Assembly: GCA_903882935.1 (NCBI GenBank)
Contig: CAIRZB010000114.1
Location: 16,317-80,316, forward strand
Length of the DNA: 64,000 nt
Source of the DNA: an uncultured Parafilimonas sp.
Lineage (GTDB): Bacteria; Bacteroidota; Bacteroidia; Chitinophagales; Chitinophagaceae
Direction: 5' to 3'
The notes under the pieces are model-generated. The model made no database searches. It was given only the letters and a program-made list of their open reading frames with translations, and was not told the origin of the DNA. Each line of letters starts with the position of its first letter. The first letter of the stretch is position 1. Positions 30,843 to 41,669 of this stretch are shown here, in pieces. A program made the translations under genes and the position numbers.

Positions 30843-33602
30843 ATGAAGGATTTTTCATTTATCACAAGTTCGCATCCAGCCTTTATTGAAAGTTTATACC
30901 AGGATTTTTTAACAAACCCTGACAGTGTTGATACCGAGCTGAAGAAATTTTTTGAAGGATTTGATTTCGCTGTTTCAAGCCATGCCGCCAATGGCAACAG
31001 TGCCGCAGTGGCAACTTCTACCGTGCCGGCTGGGCCCGCCGCAGCCAACGACTGGATGAAGGAAATACGTATTTACCGCCTTATTTTGGGATACCGCAAC
31101 AAGGGCCACCTAATAGCCACCACCAACCCCATACGCCAACGTAAGGATAGGGGGGCAAACCTTGACCTAGGTTTTTTTGGCCTGAGCGAGGAGGATATGA
31201 ACACCACCTACCAGGCGGGCAATTTGATTGGGTTAGGCAACACCACGCTTAAAAATATTTACAACCACTTGCGCAGCTGCTATGCATCTAACGTGGGGAT
31301 AGAGTTTAAATATGTGAGCGACCAAAAAAGGGTTGACTGGCTAACCAACGAAATGGAACGCAAGTTTACCAATCCCTTGCCGTTTGAAAAGAAAAAACGC
31401 ATATTGGAAAAATTGAACCAGGGCGTTATGTTTGAGAAATTTTTACACACAAAATATATAGGCCAAAAAAGGTTTTCGTTAGAGGGTGGCGAAACCACTA
31501 TTGCCGCCTTGGATGCCATTATAAACTGCGCAGCCGACAAAGATGTGCAGGAAGTAGTAATTGGCATGGCGCACCGTGGCCGCCTGAACATATTGGCCAA
31601 CATAATGGGCAAAACCTATGAACAGATATTTAGCGAGTTTGAAGGCACGGCCAAGCTTGACCAAACCATGGGCAGCGGCGACGTTAAGTACCACATGGGC
31701 TATGGCAGCGAGGTAACCACCACTGGCGGCAAAACTGTACACCTTAAACTGATGCCGAACCCATCGCACTTGGAGGCAGTTGACCCTGTAGTGGTTGGCT
31801 TTGCAAGGGCCAAGGCCGATGTGATGTACAACAGCGATTATGATAAGATATTCCCTATACTCATACATGGCGACGCTTCTGTTGCCGGGCAGGGTGTAGT
31901 ATATGAGGTGTTGCAAATGAGCGAGCTTAAGGGCTACTTAACTGGCGGAACGCTGCATTTTGTTATAAACAACCAAATAGGCTTTACCACCGATTTTGAT
32001 GATGCCCGCAGCTCAGATTACTGCACTTCACTGGCATCTGCCGTACATGCGCCAGTTTTGCATGTAAACGGTGATGACCCAGAAGCGGTTGTTAAATGTG
32101 TGGAAATAGCCACCCGTTACCGCCAAGAGTTTAACAGCGATATTTTTGTTGACATGGTTTGCTACCGCCGCCATGGCCATAACGAAGGCGATGACCCCAA
32201 ATTTACCCAGCCACATTTATACGCCCTGATTGACCAGCATGCCAACCCAAGGGAAGTGTACACCAAATACCTGTTGCAAAACGGTGAGGCCGACGCACAG
32301 GAACTGGCAAAAGACATGGAGAAAAAGTTTTGGGGCGATTTGCAGGAAAGGTTAGATGAAGTAAAGCAGCACCCGCTGCCGTATAACTACCAACAACCAG
32401 AAATTTGGTGGAAAAAGTTACGCAAAGCCACCGAGGTTGACTTTGACGCATCCCCTATTACTGCCATCAGCGAAGCCACCTTTAAAAAGGTATTTGATGC
32501 CATGATGAGCTGGCCGGAGACCTTTACCCCTATTAAGAAGGTTGAAAAAATATTACAAGACAAAGTAAAATTATTCACCACAGAGGGCAAGGCAGACTGG
32601 GCCACTGGCGAGTTGCTGGCCTACGGAAGCCTTTTAGCCGACGGCAATGATGTGCGTATGAGCGGGCAGGATGTGCAACGAGGCACTTTTAGCCACCGCC
32701 ACGCCGTTTTGCGAGACGAAAACACAGACGAAAGCTACAACCGCCTAAGCAGAATTGATGGCGCCACAGGCCAATTTAGAATATTTAATTCCCTATTGAG
32801 CGAATACGGCGTACTGGGCTTTGAATATGGTTATGCCATGGCAAACCCCAACGGCTTAGTAATATGGGAAGCACAGTTTGGCGATTTTAGTAACGGTGCG
32901 CAAACCATGATAGACCAGTTTATTGTGGCCGGCGAACAAAAATGGAACAGAATGAACGGTATAACCATGTTGCTGCCCCACGGCTACGAAGGGCAAGGCC
33001 CCGAACACAGCAGTGCCCGCATGGAGCGCTTTTTGCAAATGTGCGCCGAATTAAACATTGTTATTACCAATATAACCACGGCCGCCAACTTCTTTCATGC
33101 ACTTAGGCGGCAGGTTGCTTGGCCTTTTCGCAAGCCGATGGTTAACTTTTCACCAAAGGCCAACCTACGCCACCCTGGTACCTACAGCCATGTGAGTGAG
33201 TTTACCAACGGCGGTTTTAAAGAAGTAATTGACGACAGCTTTGCCACAGACCCGAGCCAAGTTAAAAAAGTACTGTTTTGCAGCGGCAAACTGTACTTTG
33301 ACCTTGCGGAAAGGCAGGCGAAAGATAATAGAACAGATGTGGCCGTAATTAGGCTTGAGCAGATTTACCCGCTGCCATTAAAACAACTTACCGCCTTGTA
33401 TAAAAAATATGGCAAAGCGGTTTGGTTTTGGGTACAGGAAGAACCATTGAATATGGGTGCGGCCTCGTTTTTGCAAATGAACCTTAAAGACATTAACTAC
33501 GGGGTTATAAGCAGAAATGCAAGCGCGGCCACCGCAACCGGTTATGCCAAGGTGCATAAACAAGAGCAAGAGGAAATTATTGAAACAGCATTTACTATTT
33601 AA
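30843..33602 (+). CDS. sucA: 2-oxoglutarate dehydrogenase E1 component
   Basis: A 919-aa protein with TPP-binding and transketolase-like blocks (GMAHRGRLNIL, GDASVAGQGVVYE). Confidence 0.95.
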   Translation: MKDFSFITSSHPAFIESLYQDFLTNPDSVDTELKKFFEGFDFAVSSHAANGNSAAVATSTVPAGPAAANDWMKEIRIYRLILGYRNKGHLIATTNPIRQRKDRGANLDLGFFGLSEEDMNTTYQAGNLIGLGNTTLKNIYNHLRSCYASNVGIEFKYVSDQKRVDWLTNEMERKFTNPLPFEKKKRILEKLNQGVMFEKFLHTKYIGQKRFSLEGGETTIAALDAIINCAADKDVQEVVIGMAHRGRLNILANIMGKTYEQIFSEFEGTAKLDQTMGSGDVKYHMGYGSEVTTTGGKTVHLKLMPNPSHLEAVDPVVVGFARAKADVMYNSDYDKIFPILIHGDASVAGQGVVYEVLQMSELKGYLTGGTLHFVINNQIGFTTDFDDARSSDYCTSLASAVHAPVLHVNGDDPEAVVKCVEIATRYRQEFNSDIFVDMVCYRRHGHNEGDDPKFTQPHLYALIDQHANPREVYTKYLLQNGEADAQELAKDMEKKFWGDLQERLDEVKQHPLPYNYQQPEIWWKKLRKATEVDFDASPITAISEATFKKVFDAMMSWPETFTPIKKVEKILQDKVKLFTTEGKADWATGELLAYGSLLADGNDVRMSGQDVQRGTFSHRHAVLRDENTDESYNRLSRIDGATGQFRIFNSLLSEYGVLGFEYGYAMANPNGLVIWEAQFGDFSNGAQTMIDQFIVAGEQKWNRMNGITMLLPHGYEGQGPEHSSARMERFLQMCAELNIVITNITTAANFFHALRRQVAWPFRKPMVNFSPKANLRHPGTYSHVSEFTNGGFKEVIDDSFATDPSQVKKVLFCSGKLYFDLAERQAKDNRTDVAVIRLEQIYPLPLKQLTALYKKYGKAVWFWVQEEPLNMGAASFLQMNLKDINYGVISRNASAATATGYAKVHKQEQEEIIETAFTI

Positions 33603-33653
33603 TGCAAAACTGCCACTGTTTTGCATTAAGCAGATAAACCCGATATTTGACCA

Positions 33654-33977
33654 GTGAATATGGGCGTAACTGATGACATAATAGTGCAAAAAGTTAAGCA
33701 AAGCATCCTTTCCATTGACAAGGATGCCGAGATTATTTTGTTTGGCTCAAGGGCAAGGGGCGATGCCAGGCCGGATAGTGACTGGGACTTTTTGTTTTTG
33801 ACAAGTTTGGCGGTTACCAGTACTTTACGGCAAACATTAGTTGAAAAATTACTTGATGTTGAATTGGAAGAAAATGCTATTTTTCAGGTTATACCAAAAA
33901 ATAAAACAGATTGGGAAACCAGGTACCCAGGCACACCGATTTATTTTAACATTCAAGCCGAGGGTATTGGGATATGA
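33654..33977 (+). CDS. nucleotidyltransferase (MNT) domain protein, antitoxin-like partner of HEPN
   Basis: GSRARGDARPDSDWDF matches the minimal nucleotidyltransferase GS..G.....SD.D motif. The gene is AT-rich. Confidence 0.8.
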   Translation: MNMGVTDDIIVQKVKQSILSIDKDAEIILFGSRARGDARPDSDWDFLFLTSLAVTSTLRQTLVEKLLDVELEENAIFQVIPKNKTDWETRYPGTPIYFNIQAEGIGI

Positions 33978-34369
33978 ATACTAACTATAGTAACAGGGAT
34001 GTTGTAAAGTTTTATACAGAAAAGGCAATAAGAACTTTTGAAGACGCAAGGGTTTTGGCCAATATTAAAAGCTGGGATTCATGCGTTAACAGGTTATATT
34101 ACAGTTGCTTTTATATGGCACTGGCACTTATCATCCTAAAGCTGGCAACACGGCCTAAAACACATGCCGGCACAAGAAACCTATTTAATGAACACTTTGT
34201 AAAAACAGGCATCGTTGGCAAGCAAACTGCTTCGTTTTATTCGGAATTAATGGAAAAAAGAGGGGAGAGCGACTACGATGATTTTCAAATATCAACCGCA
34301 GAAGAGGTTTTACCGTTAATTTCGCAGGCAGAAGAATTTATCAATACTATACAGAAACTCATTTTATAA
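33974..34369 (+). CDS. HEPN domain protein (PF05168-type)
   Basis: Shows the classic HEPN pattern (RLYYSCFYMALALI...KTHAG) and overlaps the MNT gene by 4 nt. Confidence 0.75.
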   Translation: MNTNYSNRDVVKFYTEKAIRTFEDARVLANIKSWDSCVNRLYYSCFYMALALIILKLATRPKTHAGTRNLFNEHFVKTGIVGKQTASFYSELMEKRGESDYDDFQISTAEEVLPLISQAEEFINTIQKLIL

Positions 34370-34393
34370 GCATACAGGCGTAAAAGATTTTTT

Positions 34394-35623
34394 ATGATCG
34401 AGATAAAAGTGCCATCAGTAGGGGAATCAATCAATGAAGTTACTTTACTAAAATGGACAAAAAAAGACGGAGATTATGTTGACAGGGACGAGGTGCTGGC
34501 AGAACTAGAAAGCGAAAAAGCAACATTTGAAGTAAATGCCGAAAAGGCAGGCATACTAAAAAGGGTAGCCAAAGAAGGTGATACCCTGCAAATAGGCTCG
34601 GTACTGGCCAATATTGACGAAACTGCCGAAAAACCAGCCGCAGCCCCCAAGGCTGAGGTTAAGCAGGCCGCAGCACCTGCTGCCACAGTACAGGCAGCAC
34701 CAAGCCAAGCACCTGTAACAGCAGTGCCAAACGATATCAAGGCCACCCCTGTGGCATCGGCCATTATAGCCGATAAAAAGATGGATGCCTCCACCATTTC
34801 CGCTACAGGCCCCGGCGGCAAAATATTAAAGCACGATGTATTGGATGCGCTGGCGCACCCCGGCAAAAAAGCTTTTGCTGGCCAGGAACTGTTTGCCCGC
34901 AACGTACGCAAAGAGAAAATGAGCAACCTGCGCAAAACCATCAGCCGCAGGTTGGTTGAATCAAAAAACACCACGGCCATGCTCACCACTTTTAACGAGG
35001 TGGACATGACCCGCATAATGGACATAAGAAAGGCCAACAAGGATAAGTTTAAAGAAGCACATGGTGTTAACCTAGGCTTTATGAGCTTTTTTGCCAAGGC
35101 ATGTGCCATTGCTTTAAGCGAGTGGCCCGCCGTTAACGCATATATTGACGGCGATGAGCTTACCTACCACGATTATGCCGACATAAGCATAGCTGTAAGC
35201 ACCCCGCGCGGCCTAACCGTGCCTGTGATACGCAATGTTGAAAGCCTGGGCATGGCCGACATTGAAAAGAAGGTAATTGAGCTGGCAGGTAAAGCGAGAG
35301 ACAGCAAGTTAACTGCAGAAGACCTGCAGGGCGGCACCTTTACCATTACCAACGGCGGTGTGTTTGGCAGCCTTATGAGTACGCCAATTATAAACCTGCC
35401 GCAAAGTGCTATTTTGGGCATGCACAAAATACAGGACAGGCCCATGGCTATAAACGGCCAAGTGGTTATACGCCCGATGATGTATTTGGCCTTAAGCTAC
35501 GACCACCGCATAATTGACGGCCGTGAAAGCGTTAGCTTTTTGGTAAGGGTTAAAGACCTTTTGGAGAACCCTGAGTTGCTGTTGTTTGGCAAAGACCCAG
35601 TGAAGACGTTGCTTGGGTTGTAA
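34394..35623 (+). CDS. sucB: 2-oxoglutarate dehydrogenase E2 (dihydrolipoyllysine-residue succinyltransferase)
   Basis: Has a lipoyl domain, an Ala/Pro-rich linker, and the catalytic DHRIIDG block. Confidence 0.9.
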   Translation: MIEIKVPSVGESINEVTLLKWTKKDGDYVDRDEVLAELESEKATFEVNAEKAGILKRVAKEGDTLQIGSVLANIDETAEKPAAAPKAEVKQAAAPAATVQAAPSQAPVTAVPNDIKATPVASAIIADKKMDASTISATGPGGKILKHDVLDALAHPGKKAFAGQELFARNVRKEKMSNLRKTISRRLVESKNTTAMLTTFNEVDMTRIMDIRKANKDKFKEAHGVNLGFMSFFAKACAIALSEWPAVNAYIDGDELTYHDYADISIAVSTPRGLTVPVIRNVESLGMADIEKKVIELAGKARDSKLTAEDLQGGTFTITNGGVFGSLMSTPIINLPQSAILGMHKIQDRPMAINGQVVIRPMMYLALSYDHRIIDGRESVSFLVRVKDLLENPELLLFGKDPVKTLLGL

Positions 35624-35793
35624 GTATTTGGCGGCCTTGGGTGAAAATCACACCTGGTTCTATGGTGGATAGAAAACCCTATTTTTTGGCGAACACTCAT
35701 TAGCAGCACATATCCGATAACGATAATCATCATATTTTGTAGGGCGGTTGTGGTATACACAGCCGCTTTTTACTTTCTCACACCACCAAGGCC

Positions 35794-36996
35794 ATGCGGT
35801 TTCAGTCATATTTTAATACGGCGTTGCAGTTGATAACAGCATACAAGGGCAATATGCCGCTTGCGCATTACCTACGAAACTATTTTGCCCAGCATAAAAA
35901 ACATGGCTCGAGAGACCGGAAGCAAATAGCCCACCTTTGTTACTGTTACTACCGCCTCGGGCAGGCATTAAAGCAGCTTTCTACCGAGGAACGCATGAAG
36001 GCTGGGTTGTTTGTTTGCAACACATCCATTGCCGAATGGGCTGTTTTATTTGATGGGGATTGGCTTGCCAACCACAGGCCCCTATTAACTGAACGGATTG
36101 CTTTTTTACAAAACTTATACGATTTCGATCCTGGGCAAATTTTTCCCTGGCAAACCCATTTAAGCCAAGGCATAGCATGGCAGGTGTTTGCGCAGTCACA
36201 CCTGGTTCAGCCAAAGTTGTTCATCCGCATACGACCGGGTAAAAATAATACCGTGGTTGAAAAGCTAGAGACGAATAACATTCCCTATAGCCCGCTTGGG
36301 GAAAACTGCCTCGCATTGGCGAACACCAGCCAAGTGGATAAGGTATTGGTGCTTGACAAAGAGGCGGTGGTGCAGGACTATTCTTCCCAACAAATTGCCT
36401 TATTCCTCCGCTTAATTCACCCAGCAGGCAGCGGCAAACTTGCACACAATGCCCAGCAACCTTTAACCACCATTTGGGATTGCTGTGCCGCCAGCGGGGG
36501 CAAATCTATTTTAGCGGCCGATACCATTGGCAATGTGCAACTTACTGTGTCTGACATTCGGGCCTCCATCATCAACAATCTAGAGAAACGTTTTGCATTG
36601 GCTGGCATAAAAAACTACAAAAGCTTTGTAACTGATCTATCCAATGCACGTTTCACCATTAACGATGCACGTTTCCACCTCGTTTTGTGTGACGCCCCTT
36701 GCAGCGGTAGCGGCACTTGGGGCAGAACGCCGGAACAATTGTATTTTTTTACGGAGGATAAAATAAGGGCTTTTGGCAGTTTACAGCAAAAGATTATCAG
36801 CAATGCCTTACCCCAAGTTGCGGAAGGCGGTTATTTTTTGTACATCACTTGTTCAGTATTTGCCGAAGAAAATGAGGCGGCCTTAAATTATATTATACAG
36901 CAAGGTTATGCGTTAGTAAAAAAAGAGTTACTGGCCGGTTACGGCCAACAGGCCGATACCATGTTTGCCGCCTTGTTGCAAAAACAGCCGATTTAA
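35794..36996 (+). CDS. RsmB/NOP-family class I SAM-dependent RNA m5C methyltransferase
   Basis: The motifs DCCAASGGK and CDAPCSGSGTWGRTPE match the family. Confidence 0.8.
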   Translation: MRFQSYFNTALQLITAYKGNMPLAHYLRNYFAQHKKHGSRDRKQIAHLCYCYYRLGQALKQLSTEERMKAGLFVCNTSIAEWAVLFDGDWLANHRPLLTERIAFLQNLYDFDPGQIFPWQTHLSQGIAWQVFAQSHLVQPKLFIRIRPGKNNTVVEKLETNNIPYSPLGENCLALANTSQVDKVLVLDKEAVVQDYSSQQIALFLRLIHPAGSGKLAHNAQQPLTTIWDCCAASGGKSILAADTIGNVQLTVSDIRASIINNLEKRFALAGIKNYKSFVTDLSNARFTINDARFHLVLCDAPCSGSGTWGRTPEQLYFFTEDKIRAFGSLQQKIISNALPQVAEGGYFLYITCSVFAEENEAALNYIIQQGYALVKKELLAGYGQQADTMFAALLQKQPI

Positions 36997-37003
36997 TTTG
37001 GCA

Positions 37004-37426
37004 CTACCTCAGCCTGTCAACACTTTTTACCAGCCTATTGTCTTTATAAATCCCCCGGAATGCAAGAAAAAGAAACACGGGCACCACAAACACAAAAACA
37101 CTGGTAATAAGGGGTATGCTCATTTCTTTATAGTTGTTTTTTATGTTCAGAAAGTACAGAGCTACCACAATAAGCGAGATAATGATGTTCGCAAGGGTAA
37201 TGCGCATTTGCAGCTTTCTATCCTTGAACACAAATATAGTAATTAACGAAGCCATGGCAGAAGCCACCGTAAGCGATACAATGGGTATTGAATCAATGGC
37301 TGTTAAAGGGGTTAAGGAGTTGAGTGAATCTGTTACCAAGTGGCCGGAATAAAAAGGGAATTTCATTGTTAAACCTGCAGCCACCCCGGCCAGCAATAAC
37401 CAAATAGTCTGTATACGCTGTATCAT
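37004..37426 (-). CDS. DUF4293-like small membrane protein
   Basis: A 140-aa protein with 4 TM helices and the N-terminal MIQRIQTIWLLLA typical of DUF4293. Confidence 0.55.
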   Translation of the reverse strand: MIQRIQTIWLLLAGVAAGLTMKFPFYSGHLVTDSLNSLTPLTAIDSIPIVSLTVASAMASLITIFVFKDRKLQMRITLANIIISLIVVALYFLNIKNNYKEMSIPLITSVFVFVVPVFLFLAFRGIYKDNRLVKSVDRLR

Positions 37427-37946
37427 ATTGTAAGCTTATAAATACTGTAAAAAGCACTAATAAAGCATAAAAATAGTTAAAAACGCTAACTCTGCCCCTT
37501 AAACAATTTTACTGGGTCTTTAAATTCGCCCTGCAGCTGTTGCACAAAATGGCTTATCTGAGCCATTTTTTATACACACAGGTAAATAACCACATAGCCA
37601 GCCAAAATTTGTATAAAGCACTTCCTCCGAAGCGACGTGCTAAGCAATTACCTTAACAAAGTTGGCCTTTTGCCATGGTTCGCTTCAACGCCCTACCTGC
37701 CACCCGTTCCAGAAACAGAGAATGCAAAACAGCTTTGGCGATGCCGAATCACCTAGGCACCGATGTAATAAAAGACTACCGCACTGTACGCCACATAAAT
37801 TAAAATGAATAATCATTGCTGTTTACGTCAGCCGTTATACAGTATACATAACAACCATAACATTTGGCCTACTTGTTGTTTATTAACTATACATTGCACA
37901 ACCTTACCTGTATTTAGATACATATAAATATAGTAAAAGCCATAAA

Positions 37947-40900
37947 ATGGATGATAAACACTACGTAGTTGCTATTGGTGCTTCAGCTGGCGGCCTCGAA
38001 GCCATTGAAGCATTTTTTGACCATACCCCCAACGACGGTGTAACCTATATTTTAATACAACACCTATCGGCTAATTTTAAAAGCCATATGGTGCAAATAC
38101 TTTCAAGGCACAGCAAGTTGCAAGTATTAGAAGCTACCGACAACGAAAAAATAGAAGGCAACCGGGTGTATATTATACCCGGTGCTAAGTTTATGACCAT
38201 TGAAAACGGCAGGTTAATGCTGTTTGACAAAAAGGATACAAAGGCACCGCACCTTACCATTGACCATTTTCTAAAATCGCTTGCTGCCGAACGCGGCCAA
38301 AAAGCGATAGCGGTTATTTTATCTGGCACCGGCAACGACGGTGCCCAAGGGGTTGAAGCCATTAAAGTAGCAGGCGGCCTAGTAATAGTGCAGGACCCGC
38401 AAACCGCAACCTTTAACGCCATGCCCACCGCGGCCATTGCCACCGGCTGCGCCGACATAATAACCTTGCCGGTTGCCATGCCCCAAGTTATAGAGGATTA
38501 TTTAAAAGACGGTGTTTTTGAAGTGTTGGAAATGGTAAAACAAAACACCCCCAAAGATTTTACTGATTATAAACGCCCCACCATACTGCGGCGCATAAAC
38601 AGGCGCATGGGCTTTAATAACTGTAAAACCATTGACGAATATGTAAGCTTTTTACAACGCAACCCCAATGAACTTACGCTGCTGGCCGCTGATTTTTTAA
38701 TAGGTATTACCGCCTTCTTTAGGGATGTGAAAGCTTTTGACATTATTGCCAAGCAGGTAATACCAGAGATTGCGGAAAACAAACAGGATGGAGACATATT
38801 AAAAATATGGGTGCCTGGATGCTCCACCGGTGAGGAAGCGTATACCTTGGGCATTCTGGTAAGCGAATTTCTACTTACGAGTACAAAAAAGCTAACCGTT
38901 AGAATATTTGCCACCGACATTAACACTGCTGCGTTGGACGTTGCCTCAAAAGGCCGCTATACCACCGCTATCGAAAAGGCGTTATCGGCGGAAAGGTTGC
39001 AAAAGTATTTTACCAAGCAAGCGGATACCTATTCCGTTACAGCCGCCCTACGCGAAATGCTTATTTTTGCCCACCACGACCTGGTAAAAAACCCGCCTTA
39101 CTGCAATACCGACCTAATAAGTTGCAGAAACCTGCTTATTTACATGAACCCCGTATTGCAAAAAAAGGCCATAGCCCTTATGCAATTTGGCATAAACAAT
39201 GGCGGTTTTATTTTTTTAGGCCCCAGCGAAAACAAAGTTTCATTTACGGAGGGTTTTACTGAAATTAGTAACCGCTGGAATATATTTAAAGCAAACAAAA
39301 GCAACAAGGGCGTAAACTTCGATTTGTTTTTGTCGCCAAGTATTGATGCAGCGAACAAAGCCATGCAGGCTAAAGGCAATGAAAGAGCGGTATTTGATAC
39401 CAGCACTGGATTGGCCGACAAAATAAACATTTCCATTGTAGAAGAAACCGGCTATAGCGGCGTATTTACAGATGCCAGCCTTAGTGTGTTTCGCTCATTT
39501 GGCAACTTAACAGCTTATTTAAAAAATGAACTGTCTAAGTTTAACCTTAAGGAATTATTGCCTGCAGATATTTTGCCAATTGTTAAAGCGGCCGCCCATA
39601 AAGCCCTTAAAAGCGGCGAACGGGTTTTGTTACAAGGCTTGCACGTAAACAATGGTATTGACGGTACCTTTACTGATATAATTTTAAAACCCTTTAACAA
39701 TACTATACCACAAGAAGGGTTACTACTTATATTATTTAAACCAGCAGCCAACCCAACACAATCTGACCCTGCAAAAGATACAGACCTGGGCCACCTTGCC
39801 GAAAATTATACTTTGAGCCTTGAGAGCGAACTGGCCACAGCCAGACAATTGCTAAGAGAAGCCAATGAAAAAGTTATTTCGTCAAGCGAATACCTGCAAT
39901 CTTTTAATGAAGAACTACTGTCGGTAAACGAAGAGCTGCAAAGCTCAAACGAGGAGATGCAGTCAGTAAACGAAGAGCTGCAAAGCCTTAACAAGGAGTA
40001 TAAAACTGCCATAACATCGTTAACCGAAACAAATGACGACCTGAACAATTATTTTAGAAGCGATGTTAACGGCCACCTGTTTGTTGACCAACATTTATTG
40101 TTAAAAAAATATTCCCCAGCAGTTGTAAAACACATCAACCTACAGGAAGGCGACATCGGCAGGCCGATGGCGAACATTACTTTAAATTTTAAATATGATG
40201 ATTTAACAACCGACATCAACACTGTTATTGCAACGGGTGATACAATTATAAAAGAAGTAGCCTTTAATGGTGGTGGTTATTTTCAGGTAATGTGTATGCC
40301 TTATTTACGCAAAAACAGCAAAAAGCCGGAGGGTGCCATTATATCGTTTAATGATATTTCAGAAATTAAAAAGGTATTGCGCGAATTGGTTGATAGCAAT
40401 ATGCGATTGAGAAATTTTACCCACATCATTTCCCACAACATCCGTTCCCATGTAGCTAACCTAATGGGCATTCTGGCTACTGTAGATATGGACGATACTA
40501 TTGACCGACAAATGGGGTTGGGCATGATAAAAACCACGGCAACTGCCCTTGATACAACCATTAAAAATTTACACGAAATCATTAAAATACAAGAATCCAC
40601 CGGCCTGCCGCAACAAACCATACATATTTGTTCGGCCATAAACAACATCGTGTCAACCATTTCGATGTTGAAAACGGAACCAAGCCCAACCGTGGTATTT
40701 AATATAGCCGAAACAGAAACGTTGGATACCAACCCCGCCTATTTTGAAAGCGTTTTTTTAAACCTTATTACCAATGCGATACGGTACAAATCGCCAGACC
40801 GGGACCCCATTATAACGTTTGGCAGCCATATTGACGGACACAACAAAGTAATAACCGTGGAAGACAATGGGCTGGGTATTGACCTTAAACGGTATGGCGG

Positions 40901-41066
40901 CAGGCTTTTTGGTATGTACGAAAAATTTCATGCCAACAAAAACGGAACCGGCATGGGCCTGTTTATTGTAAAAACGCAGATTGAAGCAATGAAAGGCACT
41001 ATAACAGCCGAAAGCATCGTTGGCAAAGGCACCACCTTTAAAGTATCGTTTTGTAATACATTTTAA
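37947..41066 (+). CDS. multidomain chemotaxis-type signalling protein: CheB methylesterase + CheR methyltransferase + PAS + coiled-coil (NEEL repeats) + histidine kinase
   Basis: The N-terminal CheB block is YVVAIGASAGGLEA. The CheR block is GCSTGEEAYTL. The repeats SVNEELQSSNEEMQSVNEELQSLN are present, and the C-terminus has HATPase_c (GTGMGLFIVK). Confidence 0.85.
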   Translation: MDDKHYVVAIGASAGGLEAIEAFFDHTPNDGVTYILIQHLSANFKSHMVQILSRHSKLQVLEATDNEKIEGNRVYIIPGAKFMTIENGRLMLFDKKDTKAPHLTIDHFLKSLAAERGQKAIAVILSGTGNDGAQGVEAIKVAGGLVIVQDPQTATFNAMPTAAIATGCADIITLPVAMPQVIEDYLKDGVFEVLEMVKQNTPKDFTDYKRPTILRRINRRMGFNNCKTIDEYVSFLQRNPNELTLLAADFLIGITAFFRDVKAFDIIAKQVIPEIAENKQDGDILKIWVPGCSTGEEAYTLGILVSEFLLTSTKKLTVRIFATDINTAALDVASKGRYTTAIEKALSAERLQKYFTKQADTYSVTAALREMLIFAHHDLVKNPPYCNTDLISCRNLLIYMNPVLQKKAIALMQFGINNGGFIFLGPSENKVSFTEGFTEISNRWNIFKANKSNKGVNFDLFLSPSIDAANKAMQAKGNERAVFDTSTGLADKINISIVEETGYSGVFTDASLSVFRSFGNLTAYLKNELSKFNLKELLPADILPIVKAAAHKALKSGERVLLQGLHVNNGIDGTFTDIILKPFNNTIPQEGLLLILFKPAANPTQSDPAKDTDLGHLAENYTLSLESELATARQLLREANEKVISSSEYLQSFNEELLSVNEELQSSNEEMQSVNEELQSLNKEYKTAITSLTETNDDLNNYFRSDVNGHLFVDQHLLLKKYSPAVVKHINLQEGDIGRPMANITLNFKYDDLTTDINTVIATGDTIIKEVAFNGGGYFQVMCMPYLRKNSKKPEGAIISFNDISEIKKVLRELVDSNMRLRNFTHIISHNIRSHVANLMGILATVDMDDTIDRQMGLGMIKTTATALDTTIKNLHEIIKIQESTGLPQQTIHICSAINNIVSTISMLKTEPSPTVVFNIAETETLDTNPAYFESVFLNLITNAIRYKSPDRDPIITFGSHIDGHNKVITVEDNGLGIDLKRYGGRLFGMYEKFHANKNGTGMGLFIVKTQIEAMKGTITAESIVGKGTTFKVSFCNTF

Positions 41067-41159
41067 CAGGCAAACCAAAAAGGTGCGTACCCCTATTTAA
41101 TCCCGTAAAAGCAAAAGAGCCTTACAAATCAATGATTTATAAGGCTCTTTAGTCTAAAT

Positions 41160-41246
41160 TGGTGCCCAGAACAGGAATCGAACCTGCACTACCTTGCGAT
41201 AACCAGATTTTGAGTCTAGCGCGTCTACCAATTCCGCCATCTGGGC
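41160..41246 (-). tRNA. tRNA-Leu (anticodon CAA)
   Basis: The reverse complement GCCCAGATGGCGGAATTGGTAGACGCGCTAGACTCAAAATCTGG...GGTTCGATTCCTGTTCTGGGCACCA folds as a type II tRNA with a long variable arm. Its anticodon loop is CUCAAAA and it encodes CCA. Confidence 0.85.
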
Positions 41247-41669
41247 TTTAAACAGTAAGAAATTTATTTACAATAACTTTCTTAAACCTGCTGTATACTT
41301 CCGCCCTTTTTAACGGGCTGCAAATATAAGGGTAACCTTTCAAATCTCGCAACATGTTGCGAGATAATTTTTTATGCAAGGTAAAATACTACCTACAGCA
41401 GCTTTTTTTAGGCAGGAATATTTTTTGTAAAATCACCAGTATTTTCTTCAATACACCCATACCAACAAATTAAGGGTACAAAATTAAGCTTATTGCATTA
41501 CCGAAGGGCAATTTCTCTTGCTATCAAAGGCAAGTCAACTCTACAGGGTCTTGAGCTTAATATTCAAATTACATATCCATCCGTACATGTAGATATTAAA
41601 AAACATTAAAGCCTCCGGTCGATAATCTATCATTTCCGTTTTAATCATTTACGCTATGCAACTCCCTCA

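Noticed and set aside
34474-35109. A 211-aa minus-strand ORF rich in Ala/Ser/Leu
   Set aside because: It is antisense to the Ala/Pro-rich linker of sucB and is a typical shadow ORF.
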